DNA of 64,000 nt from Lepidodermella squamata (taxonomy: Eukaryota > Animalia > Gastrotricha): positions 2,356,001 to 2,420,000 of the forward strand of contig JBLDXI010000054.1 in assembly GCA_047495785.1 (NCBI GenBank), read 5' to 3'. The position numbers and the translations under genes are program-made. Within the stretch, counting starts at the first letter, position 1, and the number at the start of each line of letters is the position of its first letter. This document shows, one piece after another, positions 61,766 through 64,000 of the stretch. The notes under the pieces were generated by a model. It was not told where the DNA came from, did no database searches, and saw only the letters and a list, made by a program, of their open reading frames with translations.

Positions 61766-64000
61766 ATGGACCCAGAAGATGATGCCGATATGGATACTGA
61801 TATGGATGAAAACGACGGCTCTTTCAATGACTACTACACTAATGATGATTATGGTATTAACCTTTTTTCAAATTTGTAATTTAATTTGTAATTTTTTTAA
61901 CTAATTAATTGAATTTCAATTTTTAATGAAAATTAGTTTCTTTATTTTCTTTGATTTTTCTCTAATTTTCTTTGATTTTTTTAATTTTTTAGATGAGGTT
62001 GCTTCTACTGAAATAATCCCACAAGAGAAGGACATCGAAGCATTCGATGCGAAACGCCTCGAGAAAGCCGATGTCGTGCAATTGGTAACAAACGCCGTGA
62101 AAGACCTAACTGCCACCCTTTCAATCTCCCCCTCATTCGCTAAACTACTGCTGTACCTGCTATCGTGGGACAAGGCCGCTATTGTCTCTCGATTCACCTC
62201 AAACCGCCTTAAATTCCTCGAAGAATGCCGGCTAAGACCTGACCAAAACGCCGCGAATCCGCAGATTTTGATGCAGAGCAAACAACCGTGCCCGGTCTGC
62301 CTCGACCCGGCTACCCAGGGCCATTTAGACCCGGCCAACGACAGCTGTAACCACGCGTTCTGCGCAACATGTTGGGGCGAGCATTTTCGAATTCAAATGA
62401 CGTCATCGGGGTCTATCGAGATCGAATGCATGGCCGATGGGTGCCGCGTCCTCATGCTTGAAGACTTCATTCTACGCCACTTGCCGAGCCAAAACGAACG
62501 CAGCGAGTATTCAGATATAGTTTTCAAATCGCTATGCCGGCGAAATCCGATGCTGAGCCGATGCCCGGGTGGGAATTGTTCGGCTATCTACTCGACCTCG
62601 GAAACGTCCGAGCGGTTGAATAACTCGAGTCTAGGTCGGGTTATCTGCGAGCTGTGCTCGACTAAATTTTGTTTTCGATGCTGTGCCGACTACCACGCGC
62701 CGACTTCATGCCGCGATATCGCCATGTGGCTGCTGAAATGTCGCGACGAGTCAGAAACGCTGAACTACCTGCGTGCGAATACGAAGGACTGCCCGAAATG
62801 TGCGGCGATTATTGAGAAGAACGGCGGGTGTAATCACATGAGTTGTACGCGGTGTAAGCACAACTTTTGCTGGGTGTGCCTCGGCGACTGGCAGGCGCAT
62901 AACAATTCGTACGAGTGCAACCGTTACCGCCCGTCCGAGGCGACGGATGGCAATGTTGCGCGAGAGGCGCTACTGCGGTATTTGTTCTATTTCGAGCGCT
63001 GGGACAACCACTCGAGGTCGCTAGCGAAGGAGGCGGCGATGCTGGAGAGGATTGATAAGCGAATTGATGAGCTGATCAGTATGGGCGACCAGGGTACGTG
63101 GATCGACTGGCGGCCGGTTCGCGAGGCGACTGCGGGGCTGCTGCGGGCGCGCTACACTTTACAATACACCTACCCTCATGCATATCTTCTCAAGGTAAAA
63201 TTACAAAATTGACATTTTCAGTAGTTTCTAGCTTGAATTGTTTTAATTCGGTACAATTTTTCAAAATTTTCCAAGATTAGGGGCTTAGTTACTCAACTTC
63301 TCTAAAATATGGTTTATAGCTTTTAATCCTTTGAATCTCAATTTTCATCTGACCTAACCGATATATCCCATTATCATGCATCTTTTGCGCTATTACAAGT
63401 TACAGATTACAAGTTGGACTTCAGCCTACTTGGCCGATATCGATTTTTTAAATCAGTGATTTTTCCGATATCAGCAGTCTTGGAAGCCAACAATGAAAAA
63501 TATTTTACATACCTTATGGTACCAGGTAGCTAAAATATTTGAGAGAAGTATTTGAAACTTGAAAGAATGATCGGGAAAAGTTGGTGCTGGAGCCTCAATT
63601 TTATACGAAGACAAATTAGTTGGACCCTTATTTTTCACTAGTGGCTAGAATCGCTCTGCTAGGGATTTTAACTTTCCCTTATTTTTGGCCATTTTTCTTG
63701 CTGAATCCTAATTATTTAGTGGAATCCACCTTAATAGTGCTAATAATCAGCATTAAGTAGCCTTCGTAACTGGGAACTCCCATGCTTATTTTCTCTTTTT
63801 TATTGATCGAATATTTATTCGATTTATTGACCACATTTTATTAATTTTACATAATTTTACCCAGGATGACACTGTAAAGGCGCTATTCGAAAACAGTCAA
63901 GCTAGACTGGAACTCGAGGTCGAAAACCTGTCGCACTTGCTGGAGCGTTTCGATTTCGGAGACCGCGCTTCCATCGTCGCGAAAGCTACTATTGTCGAGA
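61766..64000 (+). CDS. ARIH2: Ariadne-2 RBR E3 ubiquitin ligase, 3'-partial
   Basis: Exons 61766-61853, 61993-63194, 63865 to window end. Acidic N-terminus, RING1-IBR-RING2 (TKDCPKCAAIIEKNGGCNHMSC), AREALLRYLFYFERWDNH, GTWIDW and ARLELEVENLS. Confidence 0.92.

Noticed and set aside
1-64000. CRISPR array, rRNA or prokaryotic defence operon
   Set aside because: No regularly spaced repeats or rRNA signatures; spliceosomal introns and animal genes show a eukaryotic source.

Overview
Eukaryotic (animal) genomic DNA from a compact invertebrate genome. It has AT-rich introns, many only 47-68 nt, and frequent polypyrimidine-AG acceptors just upstream of start codons. This is nematode-like, but the taxon cannot be determined from sequence alone. 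The left half (1-29.5 kb) is a cell-surface/glycan-modification cluster: two convergent Sulfotransfer_2 (CHST-like) genes, three tandem LicD/fukutin-family phosphotransferases (one hosting a nested antisense secreted-peptide gene), two paralogous small single-pass membrane proteins, an orphan membrane protein and two Ly6/uPAR genes (one a GPI-anchored mucin). The right half (31-64 kb) holds conserved genes: LSM5, SFMBT1/2-like, RYBP/YAF2, an acidic MGC-start protein, ZAK/MAP3K20, FANCD2 and ARIH2 (partial). Mobile DNA includes piggyBac-like, Tc2-like and CACTA-like MITEs, a 27-bp hAT-like micro-element, a Helitron Rep fragment and a possible MULE remnant. The three most notable observations are (1) a dispersed, orientation-independent motif TTAAGG(A/C/T)GG(ATTTT), about 28 copies where about 2 are expected; (2) an intact, intronless bacterial-type GTPase-DUF697 gene nested in FANCD2 intron 1 (horizontal transfer candidate); and (3) operon-like LSM5-SFMBT spacing with signs of trans-splicing. 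Exon boundaries were derived by hand and family assignments by motif recognition; no searches were run.
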